Source: Bugula neritina (lineage: Eukaryota; Animalia; Bryozoa). From it: a stretch of DNA of 64,000 nucleotides. Under the pieces are notes generated by a model. It was given only the letters and a program-made list of their open reading frames with translations, searched no databases and had not been told where the DNA came from. A program made the position numbers and the translations under genes. Within the stretch, counting starts at the first letter, position 1. Each line of letters starts with the position of its first letter. The stretch lies in assembly GCA_964035545.1 (NCBI GenBank), contig OZ037767.1:32318628-32382627 (forward strand). Direction: 5' to 3'. Below, in pieces: positions 12,096-25,400 of this stretch.

Positions 12096-14418
12096 GTAAC
12101 CACAATAAACTGGTAAACAAATAATGATTAGGCTTGGGATGTGGCAGACTGTGGGATGAGTAGAGCAGATGTGGGTCATAGCTGTGGCAACTTTAGTCTC
12201 AGTTATGTCGTCTGCTTCCAGTTATCACATAGATTGTATTTCAAAGTAAGTTTTGTTCACAGGATTCATTGGATTGATTGACAGAGATCAAGTTGCCAGT
12301 AGTTAAAGAGATTCACATAATACTCATTAACTATAAGCTGTAAGAACTCTAAACCCTGTAACTAACATGTGTCTACCTGGATACACCTGCATTACAAACA
12401 CAACCTGAATGCAATACTGTAATTGAAGAATGTTTTCTAATTGGTGTTCTTCACTTTTTGAATTTTTACATCATTTCTATAAAAGGAAGCGTTATTATGA
12501 GGCAGGAGCTGTCAATTGCGTTGCTATTTATTTTACTGTTTATTAGAAACAAGTAGCCATTAGTGTCTGTAAAATACTTACAATTTATGCATAATAATAG
12601 ATATTTTGAATCACTTGAAAATAGTAACTAGGCTAACAACGCTGCAAACAGGCAATAGAAATATTATTTAATGGCACTACTATTTGATTCAACTGAAAAT
12701 ATATCAATACAACATAACATTAATATATATATCAATACAACATAACATTAATATATATACATCAATACAACATAACATTAATATATATACATCAATACAA
12801 CATAACATTAATACATACATGATATTTGTAAATGATAAACACACATATATATTATATGTGAGCTATTCTAGTCAAACCACTACTAGAGTTACTCTCAAAG
12901 ATTTAAATTTAATTTATATCTTGACTACAGACAACTTTTCCCATCCGCAGCTGCCAATCATTGCTGCCTTTAATTTGATTAGACAACAATTTGTGGGAAT
13001 TGTGTCAACCGGGAATTCAAGTAACCAATTTAAATTGAAACAGTAGGAGTATAGGAATGGATTTAACACAGAGGTCTCACGGCGTACATTAGCTGCAGTT
13101 TTGGTTAGTGAAACTTGTGAATCATAGAAAAAGTCAGACTAACAGCTAAAAGTCATCATTCAGTTTGATATGCAACTTTTGTTGACCTTACATTTTTAAC
13201 TTGTAACAACATAAATTCCAAATAGAAAAACAAGAGGAAAATGAGTACAATAAACGATGAATAAACAGATATTTGACATAAAATTTTAGAAAAAAAGTTG
13301 GCTATGAAATGTTTAATCACTGGCTTGCCACACAACATTGCTGGGTCAAATGTCGTGACCGCATCCCTAACTCATGACATCAAATGTGATTGAAAAAAAG
13401 TTCAGCTTTTATAATTTATTTAGCCTTGAGAATGGACAGTTGTTCACACGCAATACCGGTCCTTTGATATACCATACATGTATACACTATCAGCTATAAA
13501 CTATAAGGGCCAGTGTCAATGCAGTGCTGCTTTCTTAGTGTATCTCGCAGTATAGCCTATAATAATATGTAATAAGTCTGCTATTTTGTGGTAACACTTT
13601 TAGCTTGTACTTTAGAGTCAGAACTTAGAGCAAGAATTTAGAACGAGAACTTAGAGTGAGAACTTAGAGCGAGAACTCAGAGTGAGAACTTAGAGTGAGA
13701 ACTTAGAGCAAGAATTTAGAGTGAGAACTTAGAGTGAGAACTTAGAGCAAGAATTTAGAGTGAGAACTTAGAGCGAGAACTTAGAGTGAGAACTTAGAGC
13801 GAGAACTTAGAGTGAGTATGAGATCCATCAAGCTGATCACACAACAATTCCTTTGTTTGTATTTTTGTTGTCAGGTAAAACAGCAGAAATCTGCTTCTAC
13901 TTTCTGAAGGATCTCAAGCGAAGAAAACACAAGTTCAGGAAACGGTAGCCAGCACCAGAGCTATAACAACATTTAGTAAGAAAGGTGGAAGCACACGCTG
14001 GTTTCATTCAGGTGTTATACTTTCATTGTAAACACACAACTCTGCTAGTTTTTGCTTTCCAGTGCCTAGATCAGGCCATTTTTTACTAAGACCATATATT
14101 CAGATTCCAAAACAAATAAAAGGCAATCCGAATGGCAACAGACTTCAAAGGGCTGCGTTTACTATTAGTAGTATTACAGATGGCTACATTTACTATTAGT
14201 AGTATTACAGATGGCTGCATCCAATTTTTGTATGCAGCAGCAGCTAGGGTAGCAGAAGCAGTATTATTTATCTGTCAGCGTAACAACTTTGAGTGGGAAT
14301 ATTCTAGCACTCAGTACAAGTTACATCCAAGTCAAGTTAATAGATGACTCTACCTACTCAAGTCAATGTCATCTACAAATACTTGATTACTTAAAAACTT
14401 GATAAGTTCATGTATATA

Positions 14419-14571
<153 letters not shown>

Positions 14572-15109
14572 CTTCTCCAATAGCAAGCATACTATATAGT
14601 CTGATAAATGATGCCAATATGTCAACTTGAGTGGAGGAAGTTGCTGATCTCTTTCAACTACTCAGTGAGGAAATAGTGTACAGCCATTCTATACTAGTTT
14701 TAATCATTTGCTGCTCTTCACCAGCAGTGACCTTGCTACTCTCTGGTAGTCAGAAAGTCTGGAGTCAAACCTACTCAGTCCAGCTGCTGGAATACTCGAG
14801 ACAAAGCCATGACCTTGAACCCGTAACCAGAGAAGTACTGAATGGTGGGTCCATCAACTAATATCCCAGAGAGCGTTGGCTGGGTCATCAAGTGCACATC
14901 ATAAGTTGGTCATTTCCTGTAATGTTAATGACTTGGGTTCTGCAGTTAACAGAAGATAAGAGGAATCTGGTATATGATTCAATATTTCTCTAAAGGCAAT
15001 TCCATAAGGTTTATTGTCTTAATATCTTTATGTTGTTTGAAAACCATCATTGATCATTACAACAACTATACCAAGGAGTTTATCCAAATTTAGAATTTCA
15101 GCGCGACAA

Positions 15110-15482
15110 ATGTAAACTGTTATTGTATTGGCTAGTTAATATGTAAACTGTTATTGTATTGGCTAGTTAATATGTAAACTGTTATTGTATTGGCTAGTTA
15201 ATATGTAAACTGTTATTGTATTGGCTAGTTAATATGTAAACTGTTATTGTATTGGCTAGTTAATATGTAAACTGTTATTGTATTGGCTAGTTAATATGTA
15301 AACTGTTATTGTATTGGCTAGCTAATATGTAAACTGTTATTGTATTGGCTAGTTAATATGTAAACTGTTATTGTATTGGCTAGTTAATATGTAAACTGTT
15401 ATTGTATTGGCTAGTTAATATGTAAACTGTTATTGTATTGGCTAATTAATATATTAACTGTTATTGTATTGGCTAGTTAATA
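15110..15482. repeat. 31-bp minisatellite
   Basis: (TATTGTATTGGCTAGTTAATATGTAAACTGT)n. Confidence 0.92.
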
Positions 15483-16465
15483 ACTATCAGCTTCTACATC
15501 ATAATAATTATGAGGATCAGCAAACATATTTTTGAACAAAGCAGAAAACAAATACTTGTTATGGTAAAGCTATCAACTATGTCTAATATGGAGTTAGCAG
15601 GAGAGCTTCAGCTTCTAACAAATGCTACATTCCCAGCAACAGAGAATAATAATTTTACCAGATAGAAATGCTACTGGATTCAGAGTTACCAGTTACTGTC
15701 TTTGTTCTTTTGTAATGTAAACAGCAGCCTTATCTACAATGGCTGGCACAAAGTATTGTGGCATTTCTCAGTCCGACAAGGCAGTACCACAATGCTTTAC
15801 TTAGGCAACCATTAAGAGAAAGTTTCAAGCAAATCAACGCTTCTTCCAGTAAAATAAAACTGCAACAAAATCTGTTTTCTCTGAAATATATTTATTATTG
15901 AAAATATTCAAAGTGGACAATTGAAAATTATTTGAAAGATAAATATGTGTAACATTAATAATATACGTGCAGACAATAACATATTAAAACAGATGACTTA
16001 CAGTTTACTCTTAAAAGCCATACCAAACTTCACATGGCACAATCATGCAAATGAAACACACTTTATAGTCACATGCCACAAAGATATAGTCACATGATTC
16101 AAGATATAGTCACATGACTCAAGATATAGTCACATGACTCAATATATAGTCACATGACTCAAGATATAGTCACATGACTCAAGATATAGTCACATGACTC
16201 AAGATATAGTCACATGACTCAAGATATAGTCACATGACTCAAGATATAGTCACATGACTGTAATAAAATATCAGCTAAAGTTGAGAAAAATTTAACAACT
16301 CCCCAAAATTTACAATACAAAGTAATTCATCACAGATAAAATTATTACAATTAAATAATAACAAAACCACAATTGTGGAAAACAGTTAAACTTCAAAGTA
16401 GAAGGAACACATGGCTATTATGGCTGAGTTACTATGACCTTCACCTTCTCTCACATTCAGTTAGC

Positions 16466-19400
16466 TCAGTGAAGCAGGGCGTCGTCCTCCTTTGGACTCC
16501 CTGGCAACTCAGTACTCTGCTGCTGCTGCCGGGCGGGAGGCTGGTGAGTTGGGGCGGCAGAGTCAACTCCTACGCTGATGGACACGCTTCGCGCTGCCGA
16601 GAGATGGCTGACTCCAGTCATCATGCTGCTCTCAGCTGCCTGTCCACCTGACCTCTGGAGGCAGCCAAACCTCCTACCAAACACTTTCCCCAGCAGCGTC
16701 AGAATTTCAGCATTTGAGTAACAGAGCACAACAGCGACAAGGAACCCCTGAAAGAAAGATGAACCGCTGAAAGAAAGATGAACCGCTGGAAGGAAGGAGG
16801 GAAAACACGGAACTACTAAACTTATTATATACAATGCAAGAGACAAATATGCCAGAAAGACAGTGGATCTCACTGGATCCCAAATCCTGTACCTGGAGGT
16901 GAAGAATTACTGCGGCCACACAGTCTAAGACCAGCTTAGCCTTGTAGTGGGTCTCCCCGTCAGGACTGTACAGAGTGAAGACTAAGAGCAGTCCAAATGG
17001 TGGAACCAGAATAGCCATCGCCTTCACCAGACGTCTGCAACACAGAAACATACGTCTGCAACACAGTGGTGCTGAGGTAGAGGTGCTAAGGTAGAGGTGC
17101 TAAGGTAGAGGTGCTAAGGTAGAGGTGCTAAGGTAGAGGTGCTAAGGTAGAGGTGCTAAGGTAGAGGTGCTGAAGTAGAGGTGCTAAGGTAGGGGTGCTG
17201 AGGTAGAGGTACTAAGGTAGAGGTGCTGAGGTAGAAGTGCTAAGGTAGAGGTGCTGAGGTAGTGGTACTGAAGTTACATGTTAAACACTACCAAAAGCCA
17301 CTACTCTGTCTAAAGTTACATCCTTACGAAACAGGTTTCATAGTCAAACAATACGATTGCACAAAGCTACATCCTAGTTGGTATTATTCCATTCTATATT
17401 CTCTCACATTCATCTAATATTTAGATTGAGGTCTCATTATCATGCAGCTGCCTGTCAACGACAAACATTTCACCAAACAGCAGACCAAATTAAACACTTT
17501 CACATTCTATAATCATTATTATTAGTCACTCCGGTTTGGAAACTCGATCAATGGTTATCTGCAGTGTTTCAATGGTTATCTGCAGCATTTCAATGGTTAT
17601 CTGCAGCATTTCAATGGTTATCGGCAGCAAAGCATTGAACAACTTCAGTTGATTATTGCCTCATTGAGTTGAAAGATTTCTTCATTAGAAAAACCTGCTC
17701 TTAGCCGGATATATTAAAATGCACTTGAAATAAATACTACTTTTTATGATTTATACTGATCAAAGTAAATACTGCTTCTTCTTATTTATACTCCTCGAGT
17801 AAAATCAACTGATGATGCAGCAAACCAACAACTTTCACATCATACTGGCCAATAAAAACAACCTATAAAAAAACTTCACCCAATTGAAATATTATCTTTG
17901 GAACATGGTGGCTTGCTTGAGTGCGTGGACAGGTTTTAATATAGTAGTAATATAATCATAATATACCGGTGATATAATAGTAATACAGTAATAATATACT
18001 AGTAATATAATAGTAATACAGTAAGAATATAATAGTAATATAATTGTAATACAGTAATAATATACTAGTAATATAATGGTAATACAGTAATAATATACTA
18101 ATAATATAATAGTAATACAGTAATAATATACTAGTAATATACTAGTAATATAGCAGTAATATAGCAGTAATATACTAGTAATATAGCAGTAATATACTAG
18201 TAATATAGCAGTTATATATATACTAACGAGTAATAGTCAGGCTCATCTTTCCTGGCGGCCATCTTGGTTAGAATCACTCTCATAATATTTGCTAAGAAAA
18301 CAATGTTCAGCTAAAAATAGAAAACACAACTATTAAAACATAGAAATGGTAGCAAACAGAATTGCATAACCAATATTCTAGAGACTCAGCTGAGGATCAA
18401 GAAGGGCAGGGGGCAGTGAACTTACCACTAGAAACAGGATGAGAGGGGCATAGACTATCCAGTCCAGCGAGTCTCCATTAAACCAACAACTGAAACAAGA
18501 TTCAAAACAAAAATAATTGAAGCAAAAATACAGTTTGATGCAATTGCTAGGATACTCACAAAACAGTTAATGATAGAGTGATTGAGTAAGTGGTGAGAGA
18601 AAGACAGAGTGAATGAGATTTGGTGTTAGTTGGTGGTATTAGTTATGACTTAGTGGTATTTGCTGCATTGAGATATCATATAATCTGTGAGAAGACATTC
18701 CATATTAGAGGTGGACTTCCACTCAACAATAAAGTTCACTTAACCAGAAGGAGGCAAGTGGAAACCAACCACCACAGTTCCATTCTTCAGTCTAGTTGCT
18801 GAGACATTGTTATATATATAGTCTGAGTACCTTGTATTATATATAGTCTGAGTACCTTGTATTATATATAGACTGAGTACCTTGTATTATATATAGACTG
18901 AGTACTTACCCCACATTGGCTGTAGGACTGGTTGCCTTGGATATGACATACACAGCTGTTATTATTAAGGGAAACCCTGCAAATAGACAAACAGTAGTGC
19001 GTACTATTAGCACTGAGGCTACACAATGAGAGAAGGGGTTAGGGGAAGATAACAGATGAGCAAATGTTTACACTGACAAACTACCACAGCATATATATAT
19101 CAGTGTATATATCAGTGTATATATCAGTGTATATATCAGTGTATATATCAGTGTATATCAGTGTATATATCAGTGTGTATATCAGTGTATATCAGTGTGT
19201 ATATTAGTGTATATCAGTGTATATCAGTGTGTATATCAGTGTATATATCAGTGTGTATATCAGTGTATATATCAGTGTGTATATCAGTGTGTATATTAGT
19301 GTATATATCAGTGTGTATATCAGTGTATATATCAGTGTGTATATCAGTGTATATATCAGTGTGTATATCAGTGTGTATATCAGTGTATATATCAGTGTGT

Positions 19401-22400
19401 ATATCAGTGTGTATCAGTGTATATATCAGTGTATATATCAGTGTATATATCAGTGTATATCAGTGTATATCAGTGTGTATATCAGTGTATATCAGTGTGT
19501 ATATCAGTGTATATCAGTGTGTATATCAGTGTGTATATCAGTGTGTGTATCAGTGTATATATCAGTGTGTATATCAGTGTGTATATCAGTGTATATATCA
19601 GTGTATATCAGTGTGTATATCAGTGTGTATATCAGTATGTATATCAGTGTATATATCAGTGTGTATATCAGTGTGTATATCAGTGTATATCAGTGTATAT
19701 TAGTGTATATCAGTGTATATATCAGTGTATATATCAGTGTATATATCAGTGTATATCAGTGTGTATATCAGTGTATATCAGTGTATATATCAGTGTGTAT
19801 ATCAGTGTGTATATCAGTGTATATATCAGTGTGTATATCAGTGTGTATATCAGTGTATATATCAGTGTGTATATCAGTGTGTATCAGTGTATATATCAGT
19901 GTATATATCAGTGTATATATCAGTGTATATCAGTGTATATCAGTGTGTATATCAGTGTATATCAGTGTGTATATCAGTGTATATCAGTGTGTATATCAGT
20001 GTGTATATCAGTGTGTGTATCAGTGTATATATCAGTGTGTATATCAGTGTGTATATCAGTGTATATATCAGTGTATATCAGTGTGTATATCAGTGTGTAT
20101 ATCAGTATGTATATCAGTGTATATATCAGTGTGTATATCAGTGTGTATATCAGTGTATATCAGTGTATATTAGTGTATATCAGTGTATATATCAGTGTAT
20201 ATATCAGTGTATATATCAGTGTATATCAGTGTGTATATCAGTGTATATCAGTGTATATATCAGTGTGTATATCAGTGTGTATATCAGTGTGTATATCAGT
20301 GTGTATATCAGTGTGTATATCAGTGTGTATATCAGTGTATATATCAGTATGTGTATCAGTGTGTATATCAGTGTATATATCAGTGTGTATATCAGTATGT
20401 ATATCAGTGTGTATATCAGTGTATATATCAGTGTATATATCAGTGTGTATATCAGTGTATATATCAGTGTGTATATCAGTGTGTATATCAGTGTATATAT
20501 CAGTGTGTATATCAGTGTGTATATTAGTGTATATCAGTGTATATCAGTGTGTATATCAGTGTGTATATCAGTGTGTATATCAGTGTGTATATCAGTGTGT
20601 ATATCAGTGTATATATCAGTATGTGTATCAGTGTGTATATCAGTGTATATATCAGTGTGTATATCAGTGTATATATCAGTGTGTATATCAGTGTGTATAT
20701 CAGTGTGTATATCAGTATGTATATCAGTGTGTATATCAGTGTATATATCAGTGTATATCAGTGTGTATATCAGTGTGTATATCAGTGTGTATATCAGTGT
20801 ATATATCAGTGTATATCAGTGTATATATCAGTGTATATATCAGTGTATATTCAGTGTGTATATCAGTGTGTATATCAGTGTGTATATCAGTGTGTATATT
20901 AGTGTATATCAGTGTGTATATCAGTGTGTATATCAGTGTATATATCAGTGTATATCAGTGTATATATCAGTGTGTATATCAGTGTATATATCAGTGTATA
21001 TATCAGTGTGTATATCAGTGTGTATATCAGTGTGTATATCAGTGTGTATATCAGTGTGTATATCAGTGTGTATATTAGTGTATGCATGCACTGTTCTATC
21101 AGGTAAACTATAAATTTTTGGTATGATTTTAATTTAGTTGGCATTTCACGCAAGATAAACACACTTAACTCATTAGTGAGTAGAAAGAGTACATCTGTTT
21201 CCAATACTCAACAATAACAATTGGAAAGTACAACCAACTGACCCAGTTTACACAATTCATCTCATATTTTATTTCATATTTTATTGCTAAATATGCAGAA
21301 ACTGCCTGTATCTGATAAACTAGCATAGCTGACCCAGCGACCCCAGCAACGACCCCAGCAGCTACCTCACCGTCTCTGCTCGTGGCAGCAAATCATAAAG
21401 AGAGAGTAACTCCGACACTATTGTCCCCCATGACCCCCTCCCTCCCCCTTTGGATAGCAGAAACAGTAGAGACATTGAGTTTTCCTACGGGAAGACCAGG
21501 GCAAGATAATTACTAGGAAATGGAAACGTACAACAATCTTTAAAATGATAAGCAGTGTCTGAGAGTATTAGTAGCTGTTAGTCTAGACAGAGAAACAGCA
21601 GACACTGGGGGGGGGGGGGGGGTATGATCTCAATCAGAGCTGGTTTATTGGTTACATTATACGACCACAGCTTCCCTTTATAATCACTTGTATGTTCCAC
21701 ACATCTGATACCACTCTGGTCTTCACAGAACTAATACGATTTTGTTATTAGCAATACTTTCAAAGATATTTACCACAGATTGAAGTAACTTCTACTGAAA
21801 ACAAGGAATTATATTTAATCAAGCACCACTGCCCGAGTCAAGAATTTTGTTATTTCATTGCAAAACAATTGTATCTGCTAGATGACCTTGGGAGGTCGTG
21901 GTATAGTAACTGCTCACCCCATCCAGCCAAGCACAACGCCCAGAACTTGGGGTGACGGAAAGTGTTGACCATAAGCCAGTTGAGATTAAATCCTTGGAGT
22001 AACATCCACATGAACATGGTGAGGGAGGAGTATTTAGCCAGAGAGTTGACGACTCTACACCCAACCTATAATTCATATAATATATATATAAGTATGATAT
22101 GTTGTGCAAGGCTACGTGCTTGGTAACAGAAGACAAACGTAATAAGCATGTATAGAATTACTTCTAGTATACTCACAGAGTTCTCCTTTAGCATGTCTGC
22201 AGCAACATCTGGCGCCCTGATGGTCAGCTGGTATATTAAATGAATGAAGTCATAAAGAGCTAGGGCTACAAATAAGTTGATGTGTATCTTGATTCTCAAC
22301 TGGGTGTGTAGCCTGAAAGTTAAAACTATTTCAATATGATGTACAATCAACAGTTAGGCACACTGGAGGGGTGGCTAGGAGGGGTGGCTAGGAGGGGTGG

Positions 22401-25400
22401 CCAGAAGGGATGGCCACGCATTGGGGTGGCCAGAAGGGGTGGCCACGCATTGATTTTAGAAATGGAGAGTTTTAAAGGTGCTAATTACTCTGTGAAAACT
22501 CTAGACTGTTCTGTGCACTCAGTTAGCCACAAAAGCTCTTCAAACTTTCACAGGAGTTGCTTTCCCACAATTTTGTACACATAAAGTATTATCTTGAAAT
22601 TATTGAAGCTAGTTTATTATATATATACAAGCAAAAACTTCTGCAGATGATCACAGATGTGTTTTTCACTTTCCCCAAGTTTAATTCTAGTGATTTTCTC
22701 GTGAAAACATCTGAATCAAGTGAACCATATGGCCACAAAGTAATGAGAAGCATGAGCAGGTTGGTCTGCACTATGGAGAATAATGTGTACGATTGAGCTT
22801 TGCCAATAAATTTAAGTGGAACTATATATACATCACTAATATAAGCAATTTGATTTTTAAACAATGCTATTGGTTAAAATGCATAATTTTATACTATTTT
22901 AAAAATGAATTCAGAGCCAAAATTAATTTAGCTGAGTTACAGTTACAGAAGAAACACCCTAAAGCTTTGTTATAATTTAAAATATATATGATTATGTTTA
23001 AGCCATCCATTAGTAAAATAATATTGGGGTGCCATATTCAAAGATCGTGAGCGCATACTTTTCCATGTGTGCCTTTGTCACAAAAATACTAATTTCTTAT
23101 TAGAAAATAGAACTGGTGCATTTTTATTGTGAAGCATGGAGTAAAAATACTTTAGAGAAAGATATTGTTATAGTTGTTGCATTCAAACAAGGCGGAATTT
23201 ATGATATAACATTATATAGGTATATGTAGGTATATTACTATACAATATGTGCTACCAAAATAAAAAACAACTTTTATCTTGGATGAAACCTTAATCATTT
23301 TAATCATCCCTCATGTTTCTGTTTCTCAAAAAAATTTTACAGAATTTTGTTGATTTTTGCAGATGTTTAACGGGTACTGACAGAGTAGCGAATGATTCAC
23401 GGCTGTGCTCAGAAGATTTCAATATCTATTCATTTCAACATTTATTTTGTGCCATAATTTTATAAAACATAGTTTTTTCACACATCAGCATAAATTTGTT
23501 TTCATTTTTGCATAAATAGCTTAGTCACACAATTATTCAGCATGCTTATGGCACATGAAATATGTCCATTCATAACCAACATATGCTTATATAAATAACT
23601 TAGTTTTAATTTGAGATAGTGTAGTGCAGTCTTTAAATTCAGTATCAGCATAGAATTCTAGTTAGGACGCTATTATTTTTGGTATTTCAGCAAATCTTTT
23701 ATTTTTAAGATAGCTAGGTGAAATTGACTACTATTTTGCACAATTCCCATTTTTTTAAAATCCAATCCAAGATGTCAATTTGTTTTTTTAAATATTTGAG
23801 TTTGGGAAGAGATAGAATTCTGCACTCTAGAGGTTGTAAATCCAGAACCAGCAAAAAACTTCGATATGAAAACTTTTTTTAAATGGCTTGGCTTTTTAAA
23901 TGGCCACTTAGTAGAGTGTATAAGCTAACCGTTTAGTAGATCCGGTTAAGATTACTATGCATTACTACAAAAAAATTAGCCGAATTTTAGACACGTGTAC
24001 AGTAGGCTGTCAGATAAGGCCGTCTCACTCTTGTCACAGAGGAGAGGCGCGGATTATAACTCATGGCGAATCATATATCCTTATCATCACGCTTTAACAT
24101 GAATCGCACTTTAAGTGCGATTACAAGTTAATTAATACCTAACTGTATCACACCCTTGTATGCAGAGGCAGACATAACTTATAACAGCGTTATCTTATTT
24201 TTAAACAGTGTTAAAATCACCAGACATGCTAAATTCAATAAATTCATCAAAATAAACAACATAAATCATTCTAAGTAACATTTATAGTCACTAAAAAGTT
24301 ACTTGCAAAACTGTTTTTAACTTATTCTGATTTAGATAGCAATGTGAACATAAATAATTAAACACAAGGGGGACAACTACAAAAAAGCAACTTGAAATTT
24401 ATGCATAGACAACTCCAAATATATTGATAAGGGATAACAAATGTAAAGCATCTGTAGCCTATGCACTGAAATGACGCGAAACACTTCAGCTATCTTCTAA
24501 TATTTTTAAAATGAACCTAGAAGTTGGGCTCAAATCGTTAAAATATGATACTTTGCCATCGAGTGATGCACCAACAAAAGGTGGTGCGATGTTTAAAAAT
24601 TAGCAATGGCCAAGCGTCTATAGGCAAAGGGTTAAAGTTAAAAGTAATGTCATTGGCGCTTTTGGCCTTCATCATGAGGACATCATAATCGTCATTATGC
24701 CCCTTTCTGCGTAGCCAACTTATATATAAGTTTATAGGTTTATAAATGGAAAATTTTGCCATTTTATGACAACAGCTTTAAAACTCACTCATGCACGTAA
24801 GTAAATAAAAAAGCTATTAAGTTTATGAAACGGTGTGATTACAATGTGAATATGAGTTGAATAATGCTTTCAATAACCGCTTTACACAAAATACATTACA
24901 GTTGCTATAAATGTAAGACTAGTGAATTGGATGCAAATAGGCACGGTAATACTACTTATTGTATGCTATTTTCATAAAATGTTTAGTGAATAATTAGCAT
25001 GCTCACAGTGGTTGTGGCCTACTCACTCTGAAAACATGAGAAAATACGAGTAAAGCTGAAACATATAAAACACATGAATTATAACCATGTTCAGTGCCAG
25101 TAAGTTGCGCAGAATAAAACGTGTCCATCATTGAAACTGCAATTAAATCAAGTTTCTGCTGATAATTAAATATCATTTGTTTAATTAAACAATTTATTTA
25201 TAATTTTCATCCTAAATCTTTTGTGAAAACATTTAACTAAGGTGCAAAAACTGTAAACATAGAGTAATCTGAGCCACGCTTCCTACCAATAAGTAGCATA
25301 TTGGTGAACAACGCTTTAAAGATGCCATAGATCACGCTGCCTGTAGGCTAAGCTGCCTGTAGGCTAAGCTGCCTGTAGGCTAAGCTGCCTGTAGGCTAAG

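Noticed and set aside
14700-14920. Exon-like minus-strand segment after a good acceptor
   Set aside because: Stops in all three frames soon after the acceptor; at most a non-coding exon.
19161-21204. Long YISV/YQCV ORFs
   Set aside because: Translation of a 10/12-bp minisatellite in a GPCR intron.
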